Positions 33,243 through 45,832 are shown, counted from the stretch's first letter. The stretch is 64,000 nucleotides of DNA from Candidatus Marinacidobacterales bacterium (GCA_965224085.1 CBDCYI010000005.1:2208001-2272000), one strand, 5' to 3'. The notes: generated by a model not told the origin, from the sequence alone. Translations and numbers: made by a program.

Positions 33243-33902
33243 TCAGACGGCGGTGCCGACCTTTTGCGCTTTGCGGTGATCTTCGAGAAAGCGCTCGAGG
33301 CCGATATCCGTCAAAGGATGCTTCAGGAGGGCCTTATACACCTTGCCCGGAATCGTCGCGATGTCTGCTCCGATGCGGGCCGCTTCTATGACGTGAAGCG
33401 GGTTGCGAATGCTTGCGACGAGAATTTGGGTATCGAAGTCGTAGTTCTGATACACCTGACGGATGTCGCGGATGAGCGACATCCCGTCCGTGCCGATATC
33501 GTCGAGGCGCCCTACGAATGGGCTCACGATGTAAGCGCCGGCCTTCGCGGCGAAGATCGCTTGCGGCACCGAGAAACAAAGGGTGACGTTCGAGCGAATG
33601 CCGTCTTCTTTGAGCGTGCGCACAGCCTTCAAGCCTTCGGCGATCAGCGGACACTTGACGACGATATTGGGCGCGATCTTCGCGATCTCTCGGCCTTCGC
33701 GCACCATCCCAGCGGCGTCGGTAGACACGACCTCGCCGGAAACAGGACCCGGAACGATCGTGCATATCTGCTCGAGAATCTCGCGATCCGGCGCGGGCTC
33801 TTTGGCGAGCAAGCTTGGGTTCGTAGTGATGCCGTCGACGAGCCCGAGTTCGGCGAGCTCCCGAATCTCTTGTACGTTCGCGGTGTCTAGAAAGAATTTC
33901 AT
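33243..33902 (-). CDS. tal: Transaldolase (small FSA/TalC family)
   Basis: FLDTAN, TTNPSL, VVKCP and SPFVGRLDD. Confidence 0.92.
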   Translation of the reverse strand: MKFFLDTANVQEIRELAELGLVDGITTNPSLLAKEPAPDREILEQICTIVPGPVSGEVVSTDAAGMVREGREIAKIAPNIVVKCPLIAEGLKAVRTLKEDGIRSNVTLCFSVPQAIFAAKAGAYIVSPFVGRLDDIGTDGMSLIRDIRQVYQNYDFDTQILVASIRNPLHVIEAARIGADIATIPGKVYKALLKHPLTDIGLERFLEDHRKAQKVGTAV

Positions 33903-34787
33903 TTATCGTTTCCTCTATTCAGCGCGACCTTCGGATAGCCGGCCGATCGCTACTCTCTTGAGATGCCTAATATACTACGGAGGCGTGAGCGTAACTTCGT
34001 CATATTCGCTCGGCTCGCTCTCGTTCTGGCCGGGAGCGTCGTCGATGGCGGTGACGTAGTAGAGATAGCGCACGCCGGGGCTCGCCGTGTCATCCCGGAA
34101 GGTGGGCGCGGTTAGGAGCTCTTCATTCAAGAGCTCGAACGGACCGCGATCGTTCTCGCCTCGATAGATGCGATAGCCGGCCGCGTCCGGCCGCGGGCTC
34201 TCGTCCCACGTGAGAAGAATGGCGTCTCCAGCGGAAACGCCGACGAGGCCGGTCGGAGGCCGAAGCGCGAAAGTGTCCACTGGGGTCAAACAAACTTCGG
34301 GTGAGGCTGCGCTTTCGATGCGAACTTCGTTTCCGAGCGGAGGCGCTTCGGGAACGATGATGACCGGCTCGAGTGGATCGGTTTCGAGCAAGACTTCCGG
34401 GCTTGTCTCGAATGGCGCGAGCGGGCCAGATGGCTCGGTGGTCTCGGGCTCCGTGGTCTCCCGTGTCGCGGGCTCGGTAGCCGCAGGCTCGTTGATGAGC
34501 GTTGGGTCCGTGGCCTCCGGTGTCGCGGGCTCGGTAACCGCAGGCCCGTCGATGAGCGCGGACTCCGGTGCGAGTTCCTCCGTGCCCGCGATCGGGTCGA
34601 TGACCGTGGGCAAGGCAGGTGGCGGTGGCACGGTCCTTACGATGTAACACGACGGAACATCGAAGACGGCCGTGCGGTCAGAGTAAGTCGTTATCGGGAT
34701 CGGCCGCCCGTTGAGCGGGCGGTCCGGATAACTCTCGTCGGACTCGGCGCGCCGGAAAATCGCGTAATGCGGGACGTCCAGAACGAC

Positions 34788-34913
34788 TTCTTCGTCGAGC
34801 TCGGCGGTGTCCGAATCGACCGTCTTGTTTTCTTCGTCGAGCTCGGCGGTGTCCGGATCGACCGCCTCTCTTTCTTCGTCGAGCTCGGCAGTGCCCGGAT
34901 CGACCGCCTCCTC
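34788..34913 (-). repeat. In-frame 42-bp tandem repeat x3 (EAVDPDTAELDEER-like)
   Basis: TTCTTCGTCGAGCTCGGC at 34788, 34830 and 34872. Confidence 0.85.
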
Positions 34914-35408
34914 TTCCTGGTCGGGAGCAGGAAATTCTGGTGCGGCCGGCCAACTCAACGCCACGAACAAATCGTCCGACTTGGCGACGGGCGCTCCAGG
35001 AGGAGGCGGAAGCGCCTCAGCGGGATCGATTTGAAGCACCTTTGATCGAGGCCCGCGCCGATTCTTCTCGTTGGTGTAGATGACGGCATATTCGACCCGC
35101 TGGCCGATCCAGGCCGGATCGATCGGGTCATCGTAGGACATGCGCTCGCCGAGCACCGTCGACTCGAGCGTGACGAGAGGCCGCGAGTTCGGCGCGAAAG
35201 CTGGGATGGTGATGCGCGGAAGCGGAGGCGGGCCGAGGTCTGCGGCCGGCTCGGTCGCGAGCGCTTCGAGGTCGCTGAGCAGTTCGAGCGCGTCCTGTGA
35301 TTCGAGCCCTGCCTGCTCCAGGACCTTGTCGAGAGCGATCACCCGTTCCTCGGCGGCGACGGTATCTTCGGCTTCCTCCTCTTCACCCAGCGGGTCAGGC
35401 CTGACATT

Positions 35409-35489
35409 CACGTCAGGCACGTCAGGCACGTCAGGCACATCAGGCACATCAGGCACGTCAGGCGCGTCAGGCGCGTCAGGCGCGTCAGG
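35409..35489 (-). repeat. In-frame 9-bp VNTR x9 encoding (PDA)3(PDV)6
   Basis: CACGTCAGG/CACATCAGG/CGCGTCAGG units. Confidence 0.9.
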
Positions 35490-35874
35490 GGGGACACGTG
35501 AGGCAGGCGGGGGCTCCTCCGCCGACTCTGTTTCCGGGGTGGCCTCTACCGGCTCGCCGGTAAGCGGGTCGATGGTGACTTCCTCAGTCTCTTCCGGGTC
35601 CTTGGGCGTGATGATCTGCGTTTGCTCTTCGATGAGTGCCGGGAGGTCGATGATACGACGGCGAATATCGACGTCGCGGAGCATGACGTTCTCGGTGGAC
35701 CCGTCTTGGTTTACGGACGGAGCCATCCATTCGAGGCGGATGACGTCGCCGACCTGCCGGATCGTGAACGCTTCGGCGGGCGCCGGTATCGGTCGCAATG
35801 GGGGCAGAGGGTCACCACGCTTACCACAGGCCACGAACACCGCGGCCATCACAAACTTTGCAAACAGCGCTTTT

Positions 35875-37332
<1,458 letters not shown>

Positions 37333-37358
37333 GGATCCTTACTGGCTCCGAGCTCGGC

Positions 37359-37910
37359 TTAGAGCTCCTCCAACAAAATGCGGTCGTTCGTGTAGACGCA
37401 AATCTCGGCGGTGATCTTCATCGCCCGCTGCGCCACCTCCGCCGCAGAAAGAGACGTATGGGCCATCAGCGCGCGCGCCGCGGCTAGCGCATAGGGCCCA
37501 CCTGAGCCGATGGCAAGGACCCCGTCGTCTGGCTCAATGAGATCGCCGTTGCCGGACAGGAGCAGGATGTGCGCTTTGTCCGCGACGAGGAGCAAAGCGT
37601 CGAGACGGCGGAGAGCGCGATCGGTTCGCCAATCTTTGGCGAGCTCGACGGCCGCGCGCTCGAGATTGCCGCTGAACTCTTGGAGCTTGGCCTCGAACTT
37701 GCTGAACAAAGCCTGCGCATCGGCGGTCGTTCCCGCAAATCCGGCCACGACATTTCCATCCGACAAACGTCTTAGTTTTCTCGCGCCGTGTTTGACCACC
37801 GTGTCGCCGAGCGTCACCTGACCGTCGGCGGCCACGGCCGTTTGGCCGTTGACAGTGATGGCAAGAACCGTGGTCGAGCGGGTGTGCGTGGATGACGCCG
37901 ATGGGGACAT
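37359..37910 (-). CDS. hslV: ATP-dependent protease peptidase subunit HslV
   Basis: STTVL, DGQVTLG, KDWRTD and GSGG. Confidence 0.96.
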   Translation of the reverse strand: MSPSASSTHTRSTTVLAITVNGQTAVAADGQVTLGDTVVKHGARKLRRLSDGNVVAGFAGTTADAQALFSKFEAKLQEFSGNLERAAVELAKDWRTDRALRRLDALLLVADKAHILLLSGNGDLIEPDDGVLAIGSGGPYALAAARALMAHTSLSAAEVAQRAMKITAEICVYTNDRILLEEL

Positions 37911-37981
37911 CTCAGCAGTATACCTTGAACTCAGAGGGTACCTCCTCCGCGGCGCACTTTTCAGACCCCATCGCACCCTTT

Positions 37982-38752
37982 ATGATGGATAGACGACCCC
38001 AGGCTCCCGACAGAGATAACCGCAACCCAAATGCTCTCTCCGTACCGCGTACTGACGACGCCATGACCGAGCTGAAGCGCCTCGCCAACCGTGACCTCAT
38101 CCAGGACCTCACCCAGGCCGGCGCGAACGACCCTCTGTGGCTGGAGTTCATCGCTCGCTTCCGGGCGGGTATCCGGGTCACCGTGCTCCGAACGCTTCGG
38201 ACGGAGGCGGAAAGAACGCCGGGCGTCGCCGCAAACGAGTCTCCGGAGCTTATCGAGGACTTGACCCAGGAAGTTTTCGTCAGGCTCCACGAGTTTAATC
38301 GTCGCGCGCTCTCACGGTTCCAAGGACGGACTGAGCTCTCGGCCTATACCTATTTGAATACGATCGCTGTCAATCTGGTTCGCGACCATTGCAAGAGCCT
38401 CCGTGCGCTGAAGACGCCAAAGGTCACCGCCTCGCTCTCCCACCCGGTCACCACGGAGACAGCGACGGAAGGCCCCAACTATGCACAGACGCTCGTAAGC
38501 GAGGGCCCGGGGCCCGAGCGCTTCATCGCTGCGAGGGAGCTCCGCGAGGAGATCCGGGTCGCGATCGATCAAGTGGCGCCGAGCGCGACGACCGTCCCGC
38601 GGGATCGGTCGATTTTCCAGCTCTTTTTCGTGGAGCGCTTGACCGTCGATGAAATCGCTCGAAAACGCTCGATCCGGCTCTCGGCGAGCGGCGTCGAAAA
38701 GCGCATTCGCCGCATGCGCGAGGCCCTGAAAGCAAAATTTTCGACCGAGTGA
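37982..38752 (+). CDS. ECF-type RNA polymerase sigma factor
   Basis: EDLTQEVF (sigma2), YLNTIAVNLVRD, sigma4 LTVDEIA...GVEKRIRR; start may be 38063. Confidence 0.82.
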   Translation: MMDRRPQAPDRDNRNPNALSVPRTDDAMTELKRLANRDLIQDLTQAGANDPLWLEFIARFRAGIRVTVLRTLRTEAERTPGVAANESPELIEDLTQEVFVRLHEFNRRALSRFQGRTELSAYTYLNTIAVNLVRDHCKSLRALKTPKVTASLSHPVTTETATEGPNYAQTLVSEGPGPERFIAARELREEIRVAIDQVAPSATTVPRDRSIFQLFFVERLTVDEIARKRSIRLSASGVEKRIRRMREALKAKFSTE

Positions 38753-38805
38753 GGGAGGTAAAGGCTCCAAAAACTCGTCTATTAATGAGTGGAGGCCCGA
38801 ATTCC

Positions 38806-39798
38806 ATGGCAGCAGAGCCAGCACGTGAAGCCCGTCCGGAAAGCACGTTGCAAAACAACCCGTCCGATCACTTCTCTCCTGAAGAGCTCTACGAGCTCGT
38901 CGAAGACCGCCTTTCGCGGCGGAAGTTGAAAGTCGTCGAAGCGCATCTCGCCGACTGCGCCGATTGTGTCGAAACTCTCGCCATGGTGCTTCGTGCCGAG
39001 CGTCCCGCCTCTCGCGAAGAACAAGAAATCCTCGCCAAAGCGCCTGAGCTTTCCAATGCCGAGCTCCTCTCACGATTGCGGCCGCATATCGATGCGTCGG
39101 CGGCAGCGAGGGCGGGCTCGCGCGTTGTCGAATGGAAGCCCATCATCATTACGTTCGTTCTGGCTGCACTGATCCTTTCCGGAGGTTCTATCGTCCGGAC
39201 GCGCTATTGGCTTCCGGCTGCCAGTCGTCGTGCCGCGACGGAAACGCTCGAGGCGCTCGTGGATCTTCGCCAGGCGACGGGGCGTATACCCCTCCGCTAC
39301 ATCACGGAGTTCGAGCGGGCCGGCGTCGTCCGCAGTGGGTTCGACGACGTCAATGACGCCGAGCTCCAGCTCGTGGCGAATCTTCGTGCGGCCGTCGAGC
39401 GGGCGCCAGAGACCGAGGCGCTGCTCGTGCTCGGCTTATTACTTCTTGACGGCGGGCAACTCGACGAGGCGGAAGAGCTTCTCACCCGTGTCCGCGACCA
39501 AGACCCAGGCTCCGTCAGCGCGGTCAACGCTTTGGCCGTGGTTTACTACGAACGTGCGCGCATCGATCCGGATGGTGGCCACGCATTCCACCAGAAAGGC
39601 CTTGCGCTTCTGCGCGAAGCCGAAGCGCTCGATCCCGAAGACTTGAGCGTGCTCTACAACTACGGCAAGTTCTACCAGGCGATGGAGATGCACTATCCCG
39701 CGGTCCGCGCTTTGCGGCGCTACATCGAGAAAGATCAGTCGTCCCAATGGGCCGAGGAAGCTGCCTACGACTTTGCTAAGCTGACAGCGGCGCCCTGA
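38806..39798 (+). CDS. Zinc-binding anti-sigma factor (zf-HC2) with TM segment and TPR domain
   Basis: HLADCADC (HxxxCxxC), TM at IIITFVLAALIL, TPR-like C-terminus. Confidence 0.78.
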   Translation: MAAEPAREARPESTLQNNPSDHFSPEELYELVEDRLSRRKLKVVEAHLADCADCVETLAMVLRAERPASREEQEILAKAPELSNAELLSRLRPHIDASAAARAGSRVVEWKPIIITFVLAALILSGGSIVRTRYWLPAASRRAATETLEALVDLRQATGRIPLRYITEFERAGVVRSGFDDVNDAELQLVANLRAAVERAPETEALLVLGLLLLDGGQLDEAEELLTRVRDQDPGSVSAVNALAVVYYERARIDPDGGHAFHQKGLALLREAEALDPEDLSVLYNYGKFYQAMEMHYPAVRALRRYIEKDQSSQWAEEAAYDFAKLTAAP

Positions 39799-41060
39799 GT
39801 CAGCCCGATCATCAAATCGTTGACATTGGTGCCCGTGGGGCCTGTCTTCAACAACGCGCCCAAGGCATCGAAGAAAGGGTATGCGTCGTTGTTCGCGAGA
39901 TAGTCCTGAGGCTCTAGACCCGCCTCGCGGCCCCGAGCCCAAGTGCCGCCATCCGCGAAAGCGCCGGCTGCGTCGGTGGGACCGTCGGTACCGTCGCTCC
40001 CCGCGGCCAGCACGCCGACGCCGCTCGCACCCCGAAGCTCGCGGGCCGTGACGAGCGCGAATTCCTGACTTCGCCCGCCCAATCCGCTACCGGTAACTTC
40101 GAGGGTGAGCTCGCCGCCAGCGATGAGGGCGACGGGCTCCGGCCTCTTTTGACACTCGCGAAGAGCTTTGGCGAACGCTCGGGCTCGTTCGTGGACCGGG
40201 CCTACGAGGTCGTCGGCAAAGATCTCGACATCAAACCCGAGCGCCGAAGCGGCAGCGCGCGCGGCCGCGACGAGGTCCCGATTGCTGCCGAGGATGATGT
40301 GCTCCGCGTTGTCGAGCGCCGCGGCGCCCGGCTTTGGTGTCTCGGAAATAACGCCTCGCACTCCTTCGCGCAGATGCCGCATCACACGCTTAGGCGCCTC
40401 GTCGGAAAGGTGGTAACCGTCCAAGATGGCCACCGCCTCTTCGAACGTCGATGGGTCGGCCGTCGTCGGACCGGAACCGATCGAGGAGAGATCGTTACCG
40501 ATGACATCGGATACCACGAGCGTCAGGACTCGTGCCGGCAAGAGTTGCTCGAGAAGGCGCCCTCCTTTGACCGCCGAAAGGTGCTTGCGCACGGCGTTGA
40601 GCTCTTGGATGGTCGCGCCCGAACGCAGGAGAAGCTCTGTTACTGAGACCTTGTCCTCGAGGCTCAGCCCGTCCGCGGGCGCGACAAGAACAGCCGACGC
40701 GCCGCCCGTGAGCAGGAAGACAACGCGGTCGTCGGCGTGCGTGTTCGTCAGGTCGTGGCGGAGCCTCGCCGTCGCTTCGAGACCAGCGGCGTCCGGGAGT
40801 GGGTGCCCGCCCTCCTCTACGCTCAGACGCGACACTGTCGCGCCGTGTCCGTGCTTGACGAGAACGCGTCCTGTGTAGTCCCGGCTGCCGAGGCGGCCCT
40901 CGAGCCCAGCGGCGAGATGCGCCGAGGCTTTTCCCGCGCCGAAGACGAGCAGTCGGCCAGAGCCGGCCGGAGACGGCAGCGCGATGTCTTCCACCAAACG
41001 GGAGGGCTCCATCCGCACGAGGCCCGCTTCAAAGATGGCCGTCGCTTTTTGTCGCAACAT
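39765..41060 (-). CDS. Glycerate kinase (DUF4147 + MOFRL)
   Basis: GAGKAS, GHPLPD, KGGRL, GSGPT, GSDGTDG and TGTNVND. Confidence 0.92.
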   Translation of the reverse strand: MLRQKATAIFEAGLVRMEPSRLVEDIALPSPAGSGRLLVFGAGKASAHLAAGLEGRLGSRDYTGRVLVKHGHGATVSRLSVEEGGHPLPDAAGLEATARLRHDLTNTHADDRVVFLLTGGASAVLVAPADGLSLEDKVSVTELLLRSGATIQELNAVRKHLSAVKGGRLLEQLLPARVLTLVVSDVIGNDLSSIGSGPTTADPSTFEEAVAILDGYHLSDEAPKRVMRHLREGVRGVISETPKPGAAALDNAEHIILGSNRDLVAAARAAASALGFDVEIFADDLVGPVHERARAFAKALRECQKRPEPVALIAGGELTLEVTGSGLGGRSQEFALVTARELRGASGVGVLAAGSDGTDGPTDAAGAFADGGTWARGREAGLEPQDYLANNDAYPFFDALGALLKTGPTGTNVNDLMIGLTQGAAVSLAKS

Positions 41061-41096
41061 GGAGCCGTAGTATCGCTTCTTGCCTGAACCCGTAAC

Positions 41097-42656
41097 CTAC
41101 TTCGACGCGCGAACCGGACGAAAGGAAAGATCCTCGTAGCCGTAGGCCGAGTCGGCCGCGGGGGAGAAGGGTTTAAGGTCCATGGCGTCAACGGAGCCGC
41201 CCGCCCCGAGCGAGAACGTGACGAACGCGTCCGCATTCGAATGATGGCCCCAGCGGACGACGAAAGTGTCGTGGTTCCAGTGCTCGAGGGGACCGTTGAA
41301 CGAGGGCGATCTGGAAAAGCGCATCACGAGGCGACCACTCGATGCCTCCACCGTGACATTCCCATACAGAGCATCGTTGAAGGTACCGGCATAGCTTTTG
41401 AGACTCAACGACGGCGAGGTTCCTTCGACGCGCGCCGCGAGAAGAGCGTCCATCCGCTCGTGAAAGCGCCGGTTCAAGATCTTGCCCGCCTCCTGGCGCG
41501 CTGCAATCCAATCAGTGGGTGGCGCGTCGTCCAGATAGGCGTCGAGGATCCAATACGTCAAGGAGGATTGAAACGATGTCTCTTGATTCGTCAGGATCAC
41601 GATGCCGAGGCGCTCTCCGGGAATGAGCGTTGTTAATGACGTCATCCCGGCCAGGCCGCCGCCGTGATAGACCATCTTTTGTCCCTTGTAGTCCTTGAGC
41701 CTCCACCCGAGACCGTAGGCGTACCACGTCGGCTTCAGCGTCCTGAGAGGACGCAACGGATTCCCGATACCGATGGTGGTTTGCGGAGACCACATCTCCT
41801 TCGATTGCCTCTCGCTGAAGATCCGCGTCTCGCCGAGCTTGCCGCGGCCGAGCTGAACGAGGAGCCACTTCGAAAGGTCGGAGACGCTGGCATTGATGGC
41901 GCCGGCGGGGCCGAGGGTGTCGACGTTCTCGCTCTCGATCGGCTGGACTTCAGAATCCATGAATACGTGAGGCATCGCCCAATTGCCGTCCGGCGTGCGT
42001 TTTGTAATGCTCGAATTTGCGTGCGACATCCCGAGCGGCGCGAAGATACGCTCCGCGACGAACGCGTCCCAGCTCTTTCCGGTCACCGCCGGAATGATTT
42101 GCCCTGCGACGATGACCATAACGTTCGAATAGGCGTAGCGGCTGCGAAAGCCCCGGACGGGCTTCAAGAAGCGAAGCCGTTCTATCAATTCGTCCCGGGT
42201 ATAGGTGGAGCGCAGCCAAAGCAAATCACCTCCGCCCGAGCGGAAGCCGCTACGATGTGTCACGAGATCGCGGATCGTGATCTCACGCGTGACCCAAGGA
42301 TCGTAGAGTCGAAAATTCGGCAGATGATCGATGACGCGATCGTTCCAGGAGATCTTCCCTTCGTCGACGAGGATGGCGAGCGCGGCGGCTGTGAACGCTT
42401 TGGAGCACGATGCGATCGCGAAGAGGGTCTCGGGGTCCACGGGCGCGGGGCTACCCAGGGTCCGCACGCCATAGCCTTTGGATAAAACGACCTCGCCATC
42501 TTTGACTACGGCGATGGCGGCCCCCGGGACGTCGAAAGTCTCGAGCGCACGTTGGGCGTAGGCGTCGAGCGCGTGAACATCGAGCTCGCGAGCTTGAACG
42601 CCAAGAGCGATGGTCCAAATAACGACGGCAGCGGAAAGCTTGACGAGCGACCTCAA
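41097..42656 (-). CDS. Serine hydrolase, beta-lactamase-like family with DUF3471
   Basis: SCSK (SxxK), YSN and HGG; signal peptide. Confidence 0.88.
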   Translation of the reverse strand: MRSLVKLSAAVVIWTIALGVQARELDVHALDAYAQRALETFDVPGAAIAVVKDGEVVLSKGYGVRTLGSPAPVDPETLFAIASCSKAFTAAALAILVDEGKISWNDRVIDHLPNFRLYDPWVTREITIRDLVTHRSGFRSGGGDLLWLRSTYTRDELIERLRFLKPVRGFRSRYAYSNVMVIVAGQIIPAVTGKSWDAFVAERIFAPLGMSHANSSITKRTPDGNWAMPHVFMDSEVQPIESENVDTLGPAGAINASVSDLSKWLLVQLGRGKLGETRIFSERQSKEMWSPQTTIGIGNPLRPLRTLKPTWYAYGLGWRLKDYKGQKMVYHGGGLAGMTSLTTLIPGERLGIVILTNQETSFQSSLTYWILDAYLDDAPPTDWIAARQEAGKILNRRFHERMDALLAARVEGTSPSLSLKSYAGTFNDALYGNVTVEASSGRLVMRFSRSPSFNGPLEHWNHDTFVVRWGHHSNADAFVTFSLGAGGSVDAMDLKPFSPAADSAYGYEDLSFRPVRASK

Positions 42657-42730
42657 ATGACCCTCCGCAAAGATTGTACTTCCGAAAGCGAAGCCGAAGT
42701 ATATTCTTACTTACCAGGGAGCTTTCAGGG

Positions 42731-44296
42731 CTAGAAGCCGATGCGGGAGCCGGCGGAAAAAAGCCACCGGCTCCGACCATCGATCGGGTCGAGCGCGTAA
42801 GCGACATCGATGCGAATGCCCCGTCTCGATGTGGAGACACGGTTCGCGCCCAGCAACAAGCTCACGCCGATATCCGAGTGCATATCTGAAAAGCGCATCG
42901 GCTGGCCCCGAGGCCAGGCGAAGCCGGAGTCGAAAAAAGCGGCCACCCCGATAGACAAAAGCCGGGCGATTTCATCCGTGAGGAACCAGCGGCCTTCCAA
43001 ACTGAGTAGAAACGAGCGATTGCCGTTGAACTGACGGACGGGGTAGCCGCGAAGACCGCTTTCCGCCCCGAGCCGAAACTGCACTTCTGGATCGAGCTCG
43101 GTCCCATACAGAAAGTCGGCCTTGGCGAGAATCAGCTTGCGGAGCGACAGCTTTTGGACAACGTTCGCGCGCGCGTGGAGCACCCCGTTCTCGATCCGGT
43201 CATTTCGGTAGCGTGCCCGCCAGGAAATATTACCGAGGACGAAGCCGTCCCGAAGCGGTAGCCCTCTGCGCTCGCCCAGAAAGAAGGAATAGGAGGTTCG
43301 ATCCTCGCCTCCGAGCGCGGGGGTCGAGATCCCGAAAAAGGCGGAGGCCACGTTACCGAGATTGATGTCTTCGGTCAGCTCGAAGCGGTTGATGTGGGTG
43401 AGCTTCAAAAAACGGTGTGCGACGCTGCTCACGCCGAGCTGCAGAATGCCAAAGCGGCGGACGTTCTTGCCTTCGGCGATGTCGTCCTCGGAGCTAACAT
43501 AGGCGAGATGAAGCCGCACAGCGCTCGTCGGGTTACGCTTCATCGCGCGGGCGATGTGAAACTCGCCTCGTCGTCTGTCATGTCTGAGCTCTGCGACACG
43601 CTCGCCTTCTTTGAACAATGGGTCGAGGCGATCGAAGTCTTCGAACACGGCATGGAAGCTCCAAAGCGTGCCGATCGAGAAAAACGGGCGGGTCGCGGAG
43701 AGGTTGACACGATGCCCGTCGGAGGCGCTCGATAGCAACAAACGGCTCGTGACGCGCGAGCCGAAAGTTCGAGGATCGCGATAGAACACGAAACTCTCGT
43801 CGCGATCCAGACCTGAGTCATGCAGTAACCGGAGCTGCTTTCCCCAGCCGAGCAAGTTGGTTTCGGACGCGCCCGCTGCCCAGACCCACTCGTTGCCGAC
43901 TTTGGCTAAACGAAGCTCTGGTAGCGTCGACCATGCATCGGAAGTGATGACGTGCACACGGACGCGCCCGTCCAAAAGCGGAATCATTTCGATTTCTGCT
44001 CGTCGCAAAAACGGCAAAGCGCGCAAGTTTCGCTCGCTTTGAGCGACCGCTTCCGTGTCGATAGGGTCCCCTACCGCAAAGAGAAGCTCCTGACGGATGA
44101 TGCTTTCGCGTGTCTCGATATGCAGTCGGTTGGCCGCCCGATAGAGCCACAGGTCGGGTGTGTGGCCTTTGTCCTCGAACACGTCCTCGACAGAGATCAC
44201 GATGGTCTCGATAATCGGCGCCGGTGCTTCGTCTTGTGCCGAGGAGCACGCGCAAACGAGAAGCATCGCAAGAAAAGCTCGGAAGAAGCGTAGCAT
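42731..44296 (-). CDS. Omp85/surface-antigen family outer-membrane protein (single POTRA)
   Basis: TRESIIRQELLF, SERNLR, ETNLLG, GLRGYP and C-terminal F. Confidence 0.8.
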   Translation of the reverse strand: MLRFFRAFLAMLLVCACSSAQDEAPAPIIETIVISVEDVFEDKGHTPDLWLYRAANRLHIETRESIIRQELLFAVGDPIDTEAVAQSERNLRALPFLRRAEIEMIPLLDGRVRVHVITSDAWSTLPELRLAKVGNEWVWAAGASETNLLGWGKQLRLLHDSGLDRDESFVFYRDPRTFGSRVTSRLLLSSASDGHRVNLSATRPFFSIGTLWSFHAVFEDFDRLDPLFKEGERVAELRHDRRRGEFHIARAMKRNPTSAVRLHLAYVSSEDDIAEGKNVRRFGILQLGVSSVAHRFLKLTHINRFELTEDINLGNVASAFFGISTPALGGEDRTSYSFFLGERRGLPLRDGFVLGNISWRARYRNDRIENGVLHARANVVQKLSLRKLILAKADFLYGTELDPEVQFRLGAESGLRGYPVRQFNGNRSFLLSLEGRWFLTDEIARLLSIGVAAFFDSGFAWPRGQPMRFSDMHSDIGVSLLLGANRVSTSRRGIRIDVAYALDPIDGRSRWLFSAGSRIGF

Positions 44297-44404
44297 CGGG
44301 GCCTATGTCGTAATCTACGGGGCACGGGCGTGTCAGGCAAGTCTGCTATACTCCGCCCGTCCGAGGCATAGGACCCACACGAAAAACTACAGGAGTCATC
44401 GAGT

Positions 44405-44600
44405 ATGAACGACGCGAAGGAGTGGTACGTCGCTCGCGGCAGTGAAAGAGTCGGTCCTTTGACCCGGAGCGAGCTCGCGAGCGCTTTTCAATCGGGCGAA
44501 AATAGCCCCGAGTCTCTCGTTTTCAAACAAGGGATGAGCGGCTGGACGGCCGCCTCCCAGGTCGTCGAGCTCAGAGACTTGCTCGCGGCCGGCGCACCGC
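44405..44600 (+). pseudogene. GYF_2 (DUF4339) domain protein truncated by IS5
   Basis: WYVARGSERVGP...LVFKQGMSGW ends at the IS IR. Confidence 0.75.
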
Positions 44601-45687
44601 TGCCTTGGTGCACAACTCCGATAGAGGCCGAGAGCTCGCTTGGCCCCGACTCCCATCATCCGATCATCTCGCTATCAGGCATCCCGAGCGCCGTCATGGT
44701 GTTGAGAATCTTGCACCCGATCCTTGCCTCGACTCTCTGTGCCGCCAACCCTCTCGCTCGCATTGCTGAGCCCACGATAGCCTTGTAGCGATGGAACGTT
44801 GTCTCGACTTTGCTCCGTTTGCTGTAGCCCGATTCTGTGTGCCACTTTCGTTTGCCGAGCCGAGCTTGTGCTGCAATGTTGCGATTGCGCTGTCGGCTGC
44901 TCGCCGGCCCCGATGCGAGCAGGGCGCCCTTGCGCGGCGGTATCAGCACCCTCGGCGAGCGATGAGCGCTGTGATTCTCGATTGCCTCATAGACGCCGCT
45001 GGCGTCGTATGCGGTGTCAGCTCTGGCCGATGAGATGGGACTGTCGCTCTGTCTGACAAGCGATGCAACCCGCGATGAATCGCGGGCTCTTTTGCTCGTC
45101 AGCTCGCCGGCGACGACTTCGCCACTCTGCTCGTCGACACACAGATGGAGCTTGCGATAGTCCCTGCTCTTTTGTGCTCTGCGCAGCTGGCCGGCGTGGA
45201 CAGCGAGACCGCTGCTGTCGATCAAGATGTGCAACGGCGTCTTCTGCTTGTCTTGGTAGAAGGGGACCTTACCCAGCTTCGCCTTGCGCCTCGAGATCGT
45301 GGTGTGATCGGGCACATCATTGTCTAGCTTCATCAGAGCGAACAACGATCGCAGCAATCCCTCGCTCTGCCTAGACGACAGATGAAACACCATGCCCAGG
45401 GTGACAGCCGTCTCGATGGCGTGGTTCGAGTACTTGCGTTGACGGCCCGGTTTCCTCCTCCTTGGCCGGGGCGCGTCCCAGTTCACAAGCTTGCCGGCGG
45501 TGAGCGAGATCCAGACGGTCAGGCTCCCACGGTTGCGTAGACCCGCCTCATATTCACGCCAATTCCTCACGCGATAGGCCTTCTTCACATACTTCCGCTG
45601 AGTGCGTTTGAAAATGCTCATGGGGAACCTCGAATCCGTGAGTAAAGGACAATTGTGGACCGAGATCGCGAGTTGTGCACCAAGGCA
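44601..45687 (-). mobile_element. IS5 family (IS903 group) element, complete
   Basis: 18-bp perfect IRs TGCCTTGGTGCACAACTC / GAGTTGTGCACCAAGGCA; no flanking TSD. Confidence 0.92.
44656..45621 (-). CDS. IS5 family transposase (321 aa)
   Basis: YRVRNWREYEAGLRNRGSLT, PDHTTISRR, IDSSG, ADTAYD and RSKVE. Confidence 0.92.
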   Translation of the reverse strand: MSIFKRTQRKYVKKAYRVRNWREYEAGLRNRGSLTVWISLTAGKLVNWDAPRPRRRKPGRQRKYSNHAIETAVTLGMVFHLSSRQSEGLLRSLFALMKLDNDVPDHTTISRRKAKLGKVPFYQDKQKTPLHILIDSSGLAVHAGQLRRAQKSRDYRKLHLCVDEQSGEVVAGELTSKRARDSSRVASLVRQSDSPISSARADTAYDASGVYEAIENHSAHRSPRVLIPPRKGALLASGPASSRQRNRNIAAQARLGKRKWHTESGYSKRSKVETTFHRYKAIVGSAMRARGLAAQRVEARIGCKILNTMTALGMPDSEMIG

Positions 45688-45832
45688 GGCTTTCGCTGCG
45701 ACGGGCGTTGGCTCGGGGGCAACGCTCGGCCAGACCGTGAAGAATTTCCTCCAAGCTCCTTGAACGAGATCCGACCGGATGCGCGGGCCAGCACAACAAC
45801 ACCGGCAGGATCGAGACCCGCAGCTCTTTCAT
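45688..45832 (-). pseudogene. Secreted-protein N-terminus truncated by IS5
   Basis: GGAGG RBS; MKELRVSILPVLLCW runs into the IS end. Confidence 0.4.

Noticed and set aside
34788-35489. Tandem repeats as a possible CRISPR or non-coding array
   Set aside because: Unit lengths are multiples of 3, there are no unique spacers, and the repeats lie in frame within a CDS
41097-42656. Beta-lactamase as an antibiotic-resistance gene
   Set aside because: The SxxK hydrolase + DUF3471 architecture is widespread, and the sequence alone gives no support for beta-lactam hydrolysis
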